Source: Malacoraja senta (taxonomy: Eukaryota). From it: DNA of 64,000 bases. The stretch covers positions 22,632,001 to 22,696,000 of the forward strand of contig CM075988.1 of NCBI GenBank assembly GCA_038087875.1, given 5' to 3'. This document shows positions 1 through 12,282 of the stretch, piece after piece (position 1 is the first letter of the stretch; every line of letters begins with the position of its first letter). Below the pieces are notes generated by a model. That model searched no databases. It was not told the DNA's origin and saw only the letters and a program-made list of their open reading frames with translations. Made by a program: the position numbers and the translations under genes.

Positions 1-29
1 TGCCGGGGTTGCAGGGTGAGGAGAGGTAC

Positions 30-330
30 CTGCAGGCCGCTGCGCTGGGCTGGGCTGGGGCTGCAGCCGCCGCCGCCGCCGCTGTATCTCTGTGTCCCGG
101 GGACGACACAACGTTCCACTCGCTCCCGGGGACGACACAACGTTCCACTCACTTCCGCCCGCCGCGACCCGTCTCTCACTCACTCGCCGGAAGTCCCGCC
201 CAGCCGACCCGCTCCCCCCTCCGCCCCTCGGAAACCCGCCCTGCGTTTGGCCGGCCGCGCCGTCACTCAGACCGGCAGAGCCCGCCTCCTGTGCGCCCCC
301 CAGCGGCCGTGCGGCGGCAGCGCAGCGAGC
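30..330 (-). promoter_or_regulatory. CpG-island promoter and probable non-coding first exon of a minus-strand gene (PAFAH1B2 suspected from synteny with SIK3 only)
   Basis: GC/CpG-rich 1-330. ETS/GABP-type motifs CACTTCCG (150-157) and CCGGAAGT (187-194), and a (GCC)n run. Minus-strand donor CAG|GTACCT, with the exon ending at 30. No coding sequence is visible, so the gene name is inferred from mammalian gene order. Confidence 0.55.
95..150. repeat. Two-copy 29-bp-period tandem repeat in the promoter/5' UTR
   Basis: TCCCGGGGACGACACAACGTTCCACTC at 95-121 and 124-150. Confidence 0.9.
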
Positions 331-334
331 CTCA

Positions 335-640
335 AGTAAGTAAGTTTTTATTGGCCAAGTATTCACATACAAGGAATCTGCCTTGGTGCTCCGCCCACAA
401 GTAACAACATGACATACAGTGACGGTAACAACATGACATACAGTGACGGTAACAACATGACATACAGTGACGGTTACGAATGACTCCGAAAATACTAAAC
501 ATTAATAATAATAAAACATTAATGATAAAACACCATTGATCAAGCATGTGAACCAACAAAATACCAGATCAAAGGGAGGCTACAGATTTTTGGCTGTTGA
601 GTAGAGCAACTACTCGTGGATAAAAACTGTTTTTATGTCT
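335..640 (-). mobile_element. 3' tail of a Rex1/Babar-type LINE-related repeat, containing a 24-bp x3 tandem repeat
   Basis: (TTAC)n tail on the minus strand. The same sequence recurs at about 11335-11390 and 11811-11890. GTAACAACATGACATACAGTGACG x3 at 401-472. Confidence 0.6.
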
Positions 641-744
641 CAACGATCCGATAAATAGATACATAGATACAAGGTGTAGTGGTGGACCATTCGGCCCTTC
701 CAGCCAGCACCGCCATTCAATGTGATCATGCCTTTTCATCACGA

Positions 745-1535
745 TACGATGGAACTTTATTTATCCCAGGAGGGAAATTGATCTGCCAAAAGTCATAAAA
801 AAGCACAAAATACATGAAACATGAAATTAAAGTGACGAGTGGAAAGGATTGGGGATGTGCAAAGATTGGAGAGGTGGGAGTCAGTCTCAGTCTCAGTCTC
901 AGTCTGCCCCCACGACAAAAGGGGGAGGAGTTGTACTGTTTGATAGCCACAGGGAAGAAGGATCTCCTGTGGCGTTCTGTGCTGCATCTTGGTGGAACCA
1001 GTCTGTTGCTGAAGGTGCTCCTCAGGTTGACCAGTGTGTCATGGAGGGGGTGAGCTGTATTGTCCAGGATGCTCCGCAGTTTGAGGAGCATCTTCCCCTC
1101 CAAGACCACCCTCCCATGAATCCAAATCCGCCCCCAGGACGGAGCCAGCCTTCCTAATGAGTTTGTTGATCCTATTGGCGTCCACAGCCTTCGCCCTGCT
1201 GCCCCAGCACATGGCAGCGAAGAAGATGGCACTGGCTACCACTGATTGGTAGAACATCTGCAGCATCTTATTGCAGGTGTTGAAGGAGTGAAGCCTTCTC
1301 AAAAAGTACAGCCGGCTCTGTCCCTTCTTGTACAGGGCCTCAGCATTCCTGGACCAGTCCAGTTTACTGTCCAGGTAAACTCCAAGGTGTTAGTACACCC
1401 TGGTAAACTGCACATCCACACCATTGATGGAGACAGGGGACAGGGGTGTTCCTTTCCTCCTAAAGTCCACCACCAACTCCTTAGTCTTGTCAATGTTGAG
1501 CTGCAGGTGATTCAGCCCACACCACTCAACAAAGT
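745..1535 (-). mobile_element. Rex1/Babar-clade LINE, 5'-truncated, degraded RT C-terminus
   Basis: Broken frames give KTKELVVDFRR...[13 protein letters not shown]...FYQSVVAS...HPLH...RRSFFPVAIKQYNS, typical of the Rex1 ORF end. Confidence 0.85.
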
Positions 1536-1561
1536 CGTTTTGTGTTGGGTGGTGACCATTG

Positions 1562-1922
1562 GGAACTGCAGATGCTGGTTTACACCGAAGGTAGACACAA
1601 AAAGCTGGAGTAACTCAGCGGGTCGGGCAGCATCTCTGGAGAGAAGGAATGGGTGACGTGAAGAGTCTCGAACCTTCTTCTTACTGAGTCTGAAGAAGGA
1701 TCTCGACCTGAAAAGTCACCTATTCCTTCTCTCCAGAGATGCTGCCTGACCCGCTGAGTTACTCCAACTTTTTGTGTCTATCTTCAGGGCAGAGGATTGC
1801 TTGACTGGCGATAACATGGATTGTATGGACCGAATGATCTTCTGCTTCAAACTGACTGAAAAATCAGTCTGAAGAAGGGTCTCGACCCGAAACGTCACCC
1901 ATTCCTTCTCTCCAGAGATGCT
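1562..1922. mobile_element. Penelope-derived pLTR fragments in inverted arrangement, with hammerhead cores
   Basis: Arms of about 100 bp are inverted around ~1685. An intact core CTGAAGA-AGGGTCTCGACCC-GAAACGTC lies at 1869-1896. Confidence 0.75.
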
Positions 1923-2779
1923 ACAAATACACTCTTATCTCCTCAAAATAAAATGACCGCCGGAAAAGCTAATATCCCTGAACGTTGCCAAATTGGAAAC
2001 AGATCTTGATTAGTACAGGTGTCAGAGGATATGGGGAGACGGCAGGAGTATGGGGTTAGGAGGGAGAGATAGATCAGCCATGATTGAATGGCGGTGGACT
2101 TGATGGGCCAAATGGCCTAATTCTACTCCTATTCCTTATGACCTTATGAGATCGTCCATTTCTGAAGAGGGGTCTCGACTCGAAACATCGCCCATTCCTT
2201 CTCTCCAGAGAAGCTGCCTGTCCTGCTGAGTTACTCCAGCATTTTTGTGTCTATCTTCATCCTATTCACCTCTATTTCATTGCAAACTTTGGACTGTGTC
2301 TCTGGAACCGTCACACAGTAAAACCCTCATTAAAACGTGACCTTTTTATAATGGATTTTGGTGCTAGTGGACAGTCTCTTCATGAACACAGGCTGCTAGT
2401 TACATTGTGGAGGCTATAGTTATTGACACAGTGTCAAAATGGACAAGCGATGGCTTCCATCCACACTTAACCCTCAAGGTAACAAGCTGGCTTTAATATT
2501 TTTTGCTTGCAGCAGCAAAAATAATTTTTTAGCTGTTAAGAACTTTATTCGGCAGGTTAGTGTCTTTGGAAGAAGAAACGGAGTTGACGTTTAAGGTCGA
2601 TGTCACAAGTTCATGTTATAGGAGTAGATTTAGGCCATTCGGCCCATCAAATCAAATCCACCACTCCACCATTCAATCATGGCTGATCTCTGTCTCCTCA
2701 TCCCATTTTCCTACCTTCTCCCCATAACCCTTGACACCCGTTCTAATCATGTTTTTGTCTATCTCTGCCTTAAGAATAT

Positions 2780-5554
2780 CAGGGCTGCCAACATTGGGTG
2801 AGAGTTGGGAGTGAGAAATTGCGCGAGACCAAGTCTGAGGGAGCGTAGCGACCGAGGGCGGGGGGGGGGGGGAGTGTGTGAGAAGGGGGTGTCCCCCCTC
2901 CCATTGGTATGGAGCTTTTGCATTTTTCAGTTTGAAATTGTGCAATCTGGTGCATACTGTAGCGAGTCTTTTAACTTACACTTGAATGCAATATTTATGC
3001 TTTAAATTGGATTAGCTATGAATAAGGTTAGGCTAAATTACATTCCTAATTAAATTCCACAGTAGAGCCAGGCTCTGATCAACTTGTGCAGCATATGAAT
3101 GATCTTAGTATATTCATGTATGGAAATCAGATTATAATCAAACACTTGGCCCATGTTGACCAACCTGGGTCTCACTGCACACCTGGTACTACTCCTGACC
3201 CTGACTCCAGTTGCATACCTTCTCTCATTCCTGACCATGAGTCCAGCCTTACACCTGGCCCCCTATTCTACCCTGATCATAGCTGCTTACCTGCTTAGGT
3301 TCCCAGTGCTGAACATTCTCATTGTCCCAGCTTTGACTGCACACCTAGTACTATTCCAGACCTTGACTCTGGATGCACACTTTCCTTGCTCCTAGCCCCT
3401 CTGCACTGACAATATATCTTGCCCACACATAAAGCCCCATATCTGACCCCCTGGACTTAACCTATTATGTTCAAGTCCACAGATGCTTATCTAATGCGGT
3501 AATCTTTTATGGGGCACTTCACAGACCAAATTTTGTATAACAAAATTTGCTACATCCATTGGCTTCCTTGTTATCTAACATGCTAGTTACTTTGTCAAAG
3601 AAGTCATCAATTGGTTGAACACAATTTCTCATACATAGAATTATACTCACTCAGCTGTATGTATTCTGTTACTATTTCCGTCATTTTCCTAACAAACTGT
3701 CCTGAAGTCATTTTCACCCCCAATATTTTCAGTATTTTGCTGTCTTCCTCTCAGCTGGGACTTTTCCAAAATGCAAAGTCTAATAACTATATATTTAAAC
3801 AATATTATTCTTTTAAATGTGTTAATATGAGAGTGCATAATATTTTCTGTGGTATTCATAACACAACAATGATAAAAAGTTCTTTGTTTTGATTGCACCT
3901 ACCAACATGCATACATTATTAATTACAGTTAATATGTACCGAGGGCAAATTTTTGTTCCAATGCTCCCCATTCCCAATTACTTTTACATTGAAGTGATTG
4001 AAATCCAAGTGAAGTTTAAATGGCATCAGAAAAATAAAACCTCCGGAATGGATGATATTCATTACGTGGTTGGTTGGAGTCAGTATCAGCACAATCACTA
4101 TATTAAACTTTGAATCTTCAGATGTCCTGGCTAAAACGAAAGACAAATAATAACCTCCTCACACATTCCCCATGCAAGTATCTCTGTCATTCCTTTAAAA
4201 AATGCCCGTTCTTTGAACAAGCTCTTAACCATCGCATCTGAATCAGTTTCCATCTGAGTACACTCCTTGAGGATGTTCATCTACGTGTTCAATTAATAAA
4301 ACAACGAGATTGGGGACATTTCTATTCAACCTGTCAAAGTAATTTGGTGGGGGGGGGGGGTAGAAATAGTCAGTGAGGTAAAGAAACATAATAGTTGAGT
4401 GACAAATGACAATAGTGCTATCTTCCCAATATATAACTGAAGGAAATAATCGGGGCTGTATGTTGTGACAGACAGCCTGACACCTTGCATGTCATTTTAA
4501 TATTACACTTATCCCATCCCCCTGGATATTCTGGATTAATAAATTAAGGTTTTGTCAACTAATTACAAATCAGGCTAATTACAAATCAATAACATTAGCC
4601 AACTCCGAAACACGAAGCGCTGAGCATTGGGATCCAGACATCACGGACAACTGGCCTCAGTTCCCCGCTCACATCTGGCAGTGCTCTATGTCTGAACCAG
4701 GGTCCGAGGAGCGTTTTTGAAAGTGGGGGGGCTGAGCGATCACTGGCCTTGGGGGGTACCCAGCGAGAGAGTGGAGCGACTGTGTGGGGGGAGGGTGTGG
4801 GAGGAGGGTGCCCCCCTCCCAAGGTTGGGACTTTTTGAAATTTGATGTATTAAAATCATATTTTAGTGCATCATAGAAGTATGATTTCAGTTTTTTGTTT
4901 AAAGTATTTTTAAGAGGTAACTTTTTAAGGGTGGTGGGCGTATGGAACAAGCTGCCAGAGGAGGTAGTTGAGGTAGGTACTATCCCAACATTTAAGAAAC
5001 AGTTAGGCTGATACATGGATAGGACAGGTTTGGAGGGATATGGACCAAAAGCAGGTAGTGTAGCTGGGACATGTTGGCGGGTGTGGGTAAGTTGGGCCGA
5101 AGGGCCTGTTTTCACACTGTATCACTCAATGACTACATTATACCTCCACCATGCATGAATGCTTCAAAATCAAGTGGTCGAGTTTTATTGCCATATACTC
5201 AAGCATAGAAACATAGAAAATAGGTGCAGGCCCGGGACTCTTGAACTGAGGCTGCTCCATGGCTGGAGCAGCAATGAGCGACTCGCCAGCCCGGCAAACA
5301 CTCGCCAGCCCACCAAACATTCGCCAGCCCCGGCTCCCCGTCCGCATCTGTCCCCGCCGCTGCTTCTGCTTCCATCCCTCCCTCAGCCCCGGCTCTCCAA
5401 CACCCGCGGCCCATGCAGTTGATGAGTTTTTAAATTTTCGTTGATCACAGAATTTCTCACGCAGAGCGTGAGAAACTTGTGATGAGCGTGAGAGCGTGAG
5501 AATTTGTTGAAATGCGTGATTCTCACACTCAATGCGTGAGAGTTGGCAGCCCTG
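2780..5554. mobile_element. Non-autonomous TIR DNA transposon (hAT-like, 6-bp TSD) inserted in a CR1 3' fragment
   Basis: 13-bp terminal inverted repeats (TIRs) CAGGGCTGCCAAC / GTTGGCAGCCCTG. Flanks GAATAT / GACTAT. Subterminal GCGTGAGA repeats. The host CR1 (2605-2779) resumes at 5555-5654. A nested CR1 piece lies at about 4915-5135. Confidence 0.8.
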
Positions 5555-5654
5555 GACTATCCACTGACTGGGCCTCCACAGCCCTCTGGGCAATGTGTTC
5601 CATAGATTAACTACCCTCTGACTAAAGAAGTTCCTCCTCACCTCTTTTCTAAAA

Positions 5655-5818
5655 GACACCGGCCCGGAGCAGAGGCGACCCCAGGCTTACAGCCAGCGCG
5701 GACCGTCCGTCCAGGGGTGTCGGTTAACCCGGCGGGACAGGCAGAGTTGAGCTGGAGTTAGCGCTTCTTCTCCGTGCTGGCTGTAAGCCTGGGGCTGCCA
5801 CTGCTCCGGGCCGGTGTC
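5655..5818. repeat. GC-rich inverted repeat with 48-bp arms
   Basis: 5655-5702 is the reverse complement of 5771-5818 with about 4 mismatches. Confidence 0.85.
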
Positions 5819-6324
5819 CCGTCAGTCCAGGGTCACCCCGGACATCTCCGGCACCCCCAGACAGGGATGGGACACTTGGGAGGAGACGGGGACGGTTCAG
5901 TAGCAATTCAACCACGTTTGCAACTCCGGAGACTCGGGTTCGATCCTGACTACGGATGAAACGCAGGTCTGTACACACGCAGCAGTTCAGCTGCCGAGAA
6001 TGTCTCTCCACCTGTCTCCCACTGGCATCTGCCCCCTCTCTCTCGCTGTTGCACCCCGCTCTCCCGCTACCTGGCACCCCCGTTCCTCAGATTAAATATA
6101 TTTTTAACACATAAATTATGAATAAAGATAAAAATTTGTACAGTTTATACAGCCAGCGTTTCGTTCGCTTTTTCTTTATCGCGAATGACCATTGACAAAT
6201 CCCATGATTCCTTGGGTTTTTTGGGATACCGAACTCGCTTATAGACCAGCATGTCTTTGGATTGTGGGAGGAAACCGAAGATGTCAGAGAAAAGCCACAC
6301 AGGTCACTGGGAGAACGTATAAAT

Positions 6325-6470
6325 GTTCTCGTGAGTAGCCGCCCAAAGAGTCGTACCTTTTTCTGGTCGCCGCTGGATATTCAACACGTTGAAAATTTTC
6401 GGCGACCTGCTGCGACTATGACGGGTGCTGGCAGTCGCCGAAAAAATTGTGTAAGTGGGACAGGCCCTTT
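6325..6470. mobile_element. PIF/Harbinger-like MITE end fragment
   Basis: Ends in AGTGGGACAGGCCCTTTA, the same terminus as the element at 31426-32038. Confidence 0.55.
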
Positions 6471-6633
6471 AGAATTTCACTGTGCTCTTTCACAACATTT
6501 GACAATAAAACACTCTTGTCTCTCTTGACTCTTTTCTCTGTACCTCGGTACACGTGACATATCTAAACCTAGCTTCTGGGCATTTCTTGTGAGAATTCCA
6601 CGCTGTATTTCCGAACTAAACAGGACAGAGGAT

Positions 6634-6872
6634 AGTGTAGGAAGGAACTGCAGATGCTGGTTTAAACCGAAGATAGACACATAAAGCTGGAGTAACTCAA
6701 CGGGACAGGCAGCATCTCTGGAGAGAAGGAATGGGTGTCATTTAGGGTCTCGACCCTTCTTCAGACTGAAGACTGAGTCTGAAGAAGGGTCTCGACCCGA
6801 AGTCACCCGTTCCTTATCTCCAGAGACGCTGCCTCTCCCGCTGAGTTACACCAGCTTTTTGTGTCTGTCTTC
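6634..6872. mobile_element. Penelope-derived fold-back insertion with 13-bp TSD
   Basis: Inverted pLTR arms. Flanks CAGGACAGAGGAT (6621-6633) and CAGGGCAGAGGAT (6873-6885). Confidence 0.8.
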
Positions 6873-7479
6873 CAGGGCAGAGGATTGCTTGACCTGGATT
6901 AACATGGATTGGATGGGCTGAATGACCTTCTGCTTCAAGGATAGTTTGGGTACAAATAGATTGAAGAAAGAGAGATACACTTTCAGCTCTTCCCCCTCAC
7001 TCTAAGTTAATAAAATCTACCGAGCAATCTTTATTTCATGTTTGAGAGTTATTGGTATGGAAGAGGAGCAGGAACTATGAGTTATACTCTCGAACAATGC
7101 CTCATGATATGTGCAATCTTTTATCTATCTCTCTGCGTTACTGTTGAGTCACGGAGCTAATGATTAATCTTGCTTCAGTGACTCACTGCAGAGGACCATC
7201 AGAACAGTAAATCAGACAGTCGCATCTATTAAATCTTCCCGAGTGGGTGTGTGGAATAGTTACATCCTGCAAACCCAATCACTTTATTTCAGGACCCTTA
7301 GCAGCTGAGCATGAGTGTACAGGAGCAATGAGGCAAACATTAGTTTTCCAAAATAAATCACAAAAATCTATCGAAGGTAGACAAAAATGCTGGAGAAACT
7401 CAGCGGGAGAGGCAGCATCTATGGAGCGAAGGAATAGGCGACGTTTCGGGTCGAGACCCAAAGGGTCGGGACCTTTCTT

Positions 7480-7975
7480 CATAGAAACATAGAAAATAGG
7501 TGCAGGAGGAGGCCATTTGGCCCTTCGAGCCAGCACCGCCATTCTTTGTGATTATGGCTGATCGTCCCAAATCAATAACCCGTGCCTGCCTTCTCCCCAT
7601 ATCCCTTGATTCCACTAGCCCCTAAAGCTCTATCTAACTCTCTCTTAAATCCATCCAGTGATTTGGCCTCCACTGCCCTCTGTGGCAGGGAATTCCACAA
7701 ATTCACAACTCTCTGGGTGAAAAAGTTTTTTCTCACCTCAGTCTTAATGGCCTCCCCTTTATTCTAAGACTGTGGCCCCTGGTTCTGGACTCGCCCAACA
7801 TTGGGAACATTTTTCCTGCATCTAGCTTGTCCAGTCCTTTTATAATTTTATATGTTTCTATAAGACTCCCCTCATCCTTCTAAACTCCAGTGAATACAAG
7901 CCTAGTCTTTTGATTCTTTCCTCATATGACAGTCCCGCCATCCCAGGGATCAATCTCGTGAACTGTGTGCACTGC
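7480..7975 (-). mobile_element. CR1 LINE 3' fragment
   Basis: Reverse complement of the CR1 ORF2 end and 3' UTR, with a (TTTCTATG)n tail. A near-identical copy lies at 46226-46752. Confidence 0.9.
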
Positions 7976-9235
7976 CTTCACACTGATTCTTAGTCTGAAG
8001 AAGGGTCACGATCCAAAAATGTCATCTATCCATGTTCTCCAGAGATGCTGCCTGGCCCGCTCATTCACTCCAGCACTTTGTGGCCTACTAGGTATACCAG
8101 CATTTGCAGTTCCTAGTTCCAGTAAATAGACATGGTTGGTAATGCGAAGGCAACCAGCAGGCCTTGCAGTTCTATGTTCCTCCAGTAGGTGGCGGGAGAG
8201 ATGTGATGGCTGAATAGTAAACTTAGCGTTTCCACTAAAGGGCACACCATCTTATTTCACGTTTTTGCGTTCAGTTAGGAATCATTGTCTCCGTGCGGCT
8301 ATACATCTGTAGCAAAACCCTTGCATTTGTTCTCTCATGAGTGAACATGTGCTGGCTCGAAGGGCCGAATGGCCTACTCCTGCACCTATTGTCTATTGTC
8401 TAATGAGTGAACATTTGTAGAATCAGCCTGAAGAACGGTCCCGACCCAAAATGCCGCCTGTCCATTCCCTCCACAGATGCTGCCTGACCCGCTGGGTTCC
8501 TCCAGCACTTTGTGTTTTATTGCTAGTTTTCCACCTATTGATTCTGAAATTAGATGTCATTGGTTTCTACAACTGCTCTGCTCGATTGTCACCCTGGCAA
8601 CAGGCAACTTCAGTTACTTTGCAGAATTTCATAATTTCCGCATGTTCCAGGAGCAGAATTATGCCATTTGGCCCATCGAGGGTACTCCGCCATTTAATCA
8701 TGGCTGATCTATCTTTCCCTCTCAACCCCATTCTTCTGCCTTCTCCCCCTAACCCCTGACTCCCGTACTAATCAAGAATCTATCAATCTCCACCTTAAAT
8801 ATATACTCATTGACTTGGCCTCCACAGCCATCTGTGGCAATGAATTCCACAGATTCACCATCCTGTGACTAAAGAAATCTCCTCCTCATCTCTTTTTTTC
8901 CTCCTGGCTGGATTATTGTGAAGACTGCTTCAGGTAGTTATTTGGGACCTTCCTGGTCCATAAGAGAAGCCAGAGCGGAGAACTCCTGGGAGATGGTCCC
9001 TGGACAGAGCACACGGGCAAGTCCACCAGACGTCAAGTCCACGGATAATCCGAAAGACAATTTACAGATGTTGGAAATCTGAATTCAAAACTAAGATGCT
9101 GGAAATACTCAGAAGGTCAGGCAGCATCTGTGGAGAGAGAAACAGAGTTAAAGTTTCAATAGAGACACAGAAATGGAGAAGATACATGAGATAGCAGGCA
9201 ATTTACAGAAGCCAATTAATCTACAAACCTGTTTA

Positions 9236-9805
9236 AGAAGGAACTGCAGATGCTGGAAAATCGAAGGTAGACAAAAGTGCTGGAGAAACTCAGCGGGTGC
9301 AGCAGCATCTATGGAGCGAAGGAAATAGGCAACGTTTCGGGGCGAAACCCTTCTTCAGACTGATGTGGGGTGGGGGGGGGGGGGCGGAGAGAAGAAAGGA
9401 GAAAGGAAGAGGAGGAGCCCGAGGGCTGAGGGAGCGCTGAGAAGGGGAGTAGAAGAGACAGCAAGGGCTACCGGAAATTGGAGAAGTCAATGTTTATGCC
9501 TCTAGGGTGCAAACTGCCCAAGCGGAATATGAGGTGCTGCTCCTCCAATTTCCGGTGGTGCTCACTCTGGCCATGGAGGAGGCCCAGGACAGAAAGGTCG
9601 GATTTGGAATGGGAGGGGGAGTTGAAGTGCTGAGCCACAGGGAGATCAGGTTGGTTAATGCGGACCGAGTGGAGGTGTTCGGCGAAACGATCGCCAAGCC
9701 TAAGTTTGGTCTCACCAATGTAGATCAGCTGACATCTAGAGCAGCGGATGCAATAGATGAGGTTGGAGGAGATGCAGGTGAACCTCTGTCGTACCTGGAA
9801 CGACT
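9236..9805 (-). mobile_element. Penelope-like element 3' part: GIY-YIG endonuclease remnant plus pLTR with hammerhead core
   Basis: Peptide FTCISSNLIYCIRCSRCQLIYIGETKLRLGDRFAEH...VAQHF...RKLEEQHLIFRLGSLHPRGIN (stop at 9468). The pLTR follows, with CTGAAGA-AGGGTTTCGCCCC-GAAACGTT on the minus strand (about 9331-9359). Confidence 0.9.
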
Positions 9806-10453
9806 GCAAACCTGCACGACTTTGGAATGTGGGAGGAAACCAGAGCACCTGGTTGGGTATCCCAACATTTATGGAACAGTTCGACAGACACATGGATAGG
9901 ACGGGTTTGGAGGGATATGGACCACATGCGGGCAGGTGGGACTAGTGTAGCTGGGACATGTTGGCCGACGTGGGCAAGCTGGGCTGAAGGGCCTGTTTCC
10001 ACACTGTATCACTATGACTCTGTGACCTGGAGGAAACCCACGCAGGCACGGGGAGGACATGCGAACTCCATAAAGACAGCGGCCAAAGTCAGGATCGAAC
10101 CAGGGTCTCTGCCGCTGTGAGGCAGCAGCTCGACCCGCTGCGTCACCGTGCTGAAGGTGGCAGAGGCTACAGAGGAAAATGCGCTGAAGGCGAAGTCTGA
10201 AGGGGCAAAAGGTGAGGACAGCGGGGAACCCTACCGCCGTGTTGCGTGGGAGCAGAGAGGCGGGAGCGGCAGTGCAGGAAGCCGAGGCCACGTTGTTGAC
10301 AGACGTGTCAATGGTGTCGGAGAAGAACCCATGTTTAGGACAAGGAAGACATCTCCAACATTTTGGAAAGTCCGTCCGTCAGAGAGATAGAGGAGAATGG
10401 GATGGAGGGAGTGGGTGACAGAAAGTTGGTGTGGGGCCCTGGTCTTTTCATTG

Positions 10454-10750
10454 CAGCTCGGAGGACCGCACAGTGGCACGGTGGCGCAGAGGTAGAGTCG
10501 CTGCCTCATAGCCCCAGAGACCCGGGTTCGATCCTGACTATGGGTGCTGCCTGTCCGGAGTTTGTCCGTTCTTCCTTTGACTGCCAGGGTTTTCTTCGGG
10601 TGCTCCGGTTTCCTCCCACACTCCAGAGACGTACCGGTTTGTAGGTCAATTGGCTTCTGTAAATTGTCCTTAGTGTGTGGGATAGTACAGGGTGATGGTT
10701 GGTCAGCGCGAAGGGCCTGTTTACGCGTTGTATATTTGAAGTCTAAAGTT
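10454..10750 (+). mobile_element. tRNA-derived V-SINE (HE1-like)
   Basis: A box TGGCGCAGAGG, B box GGTTCGATCC, and V-domain GGTTTCCTCCCACACTCC. Other copies at about 11505, 13325, 27295(-), 31200(-), 32885, 34590(-), 41760(-), 43530, 44880(-), 47600(-) and 52170. Confidence 0.85.
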
Positions 10751-12140
10751 GAAATCCCCCTCACCTCCCCCATCACTGGGGTCAGCGGTGGCTGTGAGAA
10801 AGCGAAAGTTTTAAACACTACATTTTATGAGTAAGCGAAATTGTGGGGGATTCGCGGGATTAAACGTGTCGATTTGAGACGGGGGAGAGATGGGAGCTGA
10901 AAGTGTCCAGAAACCAGGCCAAGCCCACGGTTAACAGTCAGGCCATGATTCACAAGGCTTCCCATAAGCTGAGAACACTAACCACTTTGCACAGGTGGGC
11001 GGCAGTCTCCGACACTTGTCCAGGAAGCTCACTTCCCCTTTGCCTCACTGGTTGACTGAGCGAGGGCCAGTGCTGGGGGAAGATAAACCCGTCACACGGA
11101 GAGAGCAGAACATGTCTCTCACACGGCGGGTGTCCGGGGAAGGTCAGCGAGTGGACGCAAGGAGCTGCAGACGCTGGTCAACAAGAAAAAAGGCGCAAAG
11201 TGCTGGAGCAACTCAGCGGGTCAGGCAGCATCTCTGGAGAAGGTATTTCTGTTGATGTTGATTATAGTTGATGTTTCAAGTTGGGACACTTCTCAGACAG
11301 TTGTTTAGTTGCATCCCATCCATTCCACACCACTGCACCAAGGCAAATTCCTTGTATGTGAATACTTGGCCAATAAACTTACTTACTTACTGATGGGGAA
11401 CTCTTGCAAAGGGAATAACTGGCACAAGTTTGTATTCTGTTGAACGTAACGTGAATTATCTTTCCCATTACTCAGACCTTTCAGTGACCATTGCCAAAAG
11501 ACTAAGGCAGCACGGTGGCGCAGCGGTAGAGTTGCTGCCCGACAGCGCTTGCAGCGCCAGAGACCCGGGTTCGATACCGACTACGGGTGCTGTCTGAACA
11601 GAGTTTGTACGTTCTCCCCATGGCCGCGTGGGTTTTCTCCGAGATGTTCGGTTTCCTCCCACACTCCAAAGACGTACAGGCTTGTAGGTTAATTGGCTTG
11701 GGTTTGTGTACTCTGAGATGAGAAAAAACATTTTCACCCAGAGAGTTGTGAATTTGTAGAATTCTCTGCCACAGAGGGCAGTGGAGGCCAATTCATGGGA
11801 TGAATTTAAAAGTAAGTAAGTAAGTAAGTTTACTGACCAAGTATTCACATACAAGGAATTTGCCTTGGTGCTCCGCCCACAAGTAACAATCTGACATAAA
11901 AGAGAGTTAGATAGAGCTCTAGGGGCTTGCGGAATCAAGGGTTATGGGGAGAAGGCAGGCACGGATTGTGGATGATCAGCCATGATCACAACGAATGGCG
12001 GGGGTGCTTGCACGAAGGGCCGAATGGCCTCCTCCTGCACCTACTTTATATGTTTCTATGTCAAGGACGACTTGACTAAGGCAAAACTAAAATTCAAAAT
12101 GAGTATACATAGGAACGGCACTTCACTGTAAACATTGTGA

Positions 12141-12282
12141 AGATAGACACAAAAAGCTGGAGTAACTCAGCGTCTCTGGAGAAAGGGAATAGGTGACGCT
12201 TCGGGTCGAGACCCTTCTTCAGACTTAAACTTCAGACTTCAGGTTTAAACCAGCATCGGCAGTTCCTTCCTGCACATTTTGG
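12141..12282. mobile_element. Short Penelope-derived insertion with perfect 11-bp TSD
   Basis: AAACATTGTGA at 12130-12140 and 12283-12293. Internal pLTR pieces lie in opposite orientations. Confidence 0.75.

Noticed and set aside
401..472. Direct repeats as a CRISPR array (also 95-150, 38809-38875)
   Set aside because: Head-to-tail repeats without unique spacers, no cas genes, and a eukaryotic context.
10148..10440. GC-rich ORF-like segment
   Set aside because: It appears to be a degraded minus-strand Penelope coding remnant, not a host exon.
10454..10540. tRNA genes at A/B-box sequences
   Set aside because: Each continues into the V-SINE body with no full cloverleaf, so these are SINE heads.
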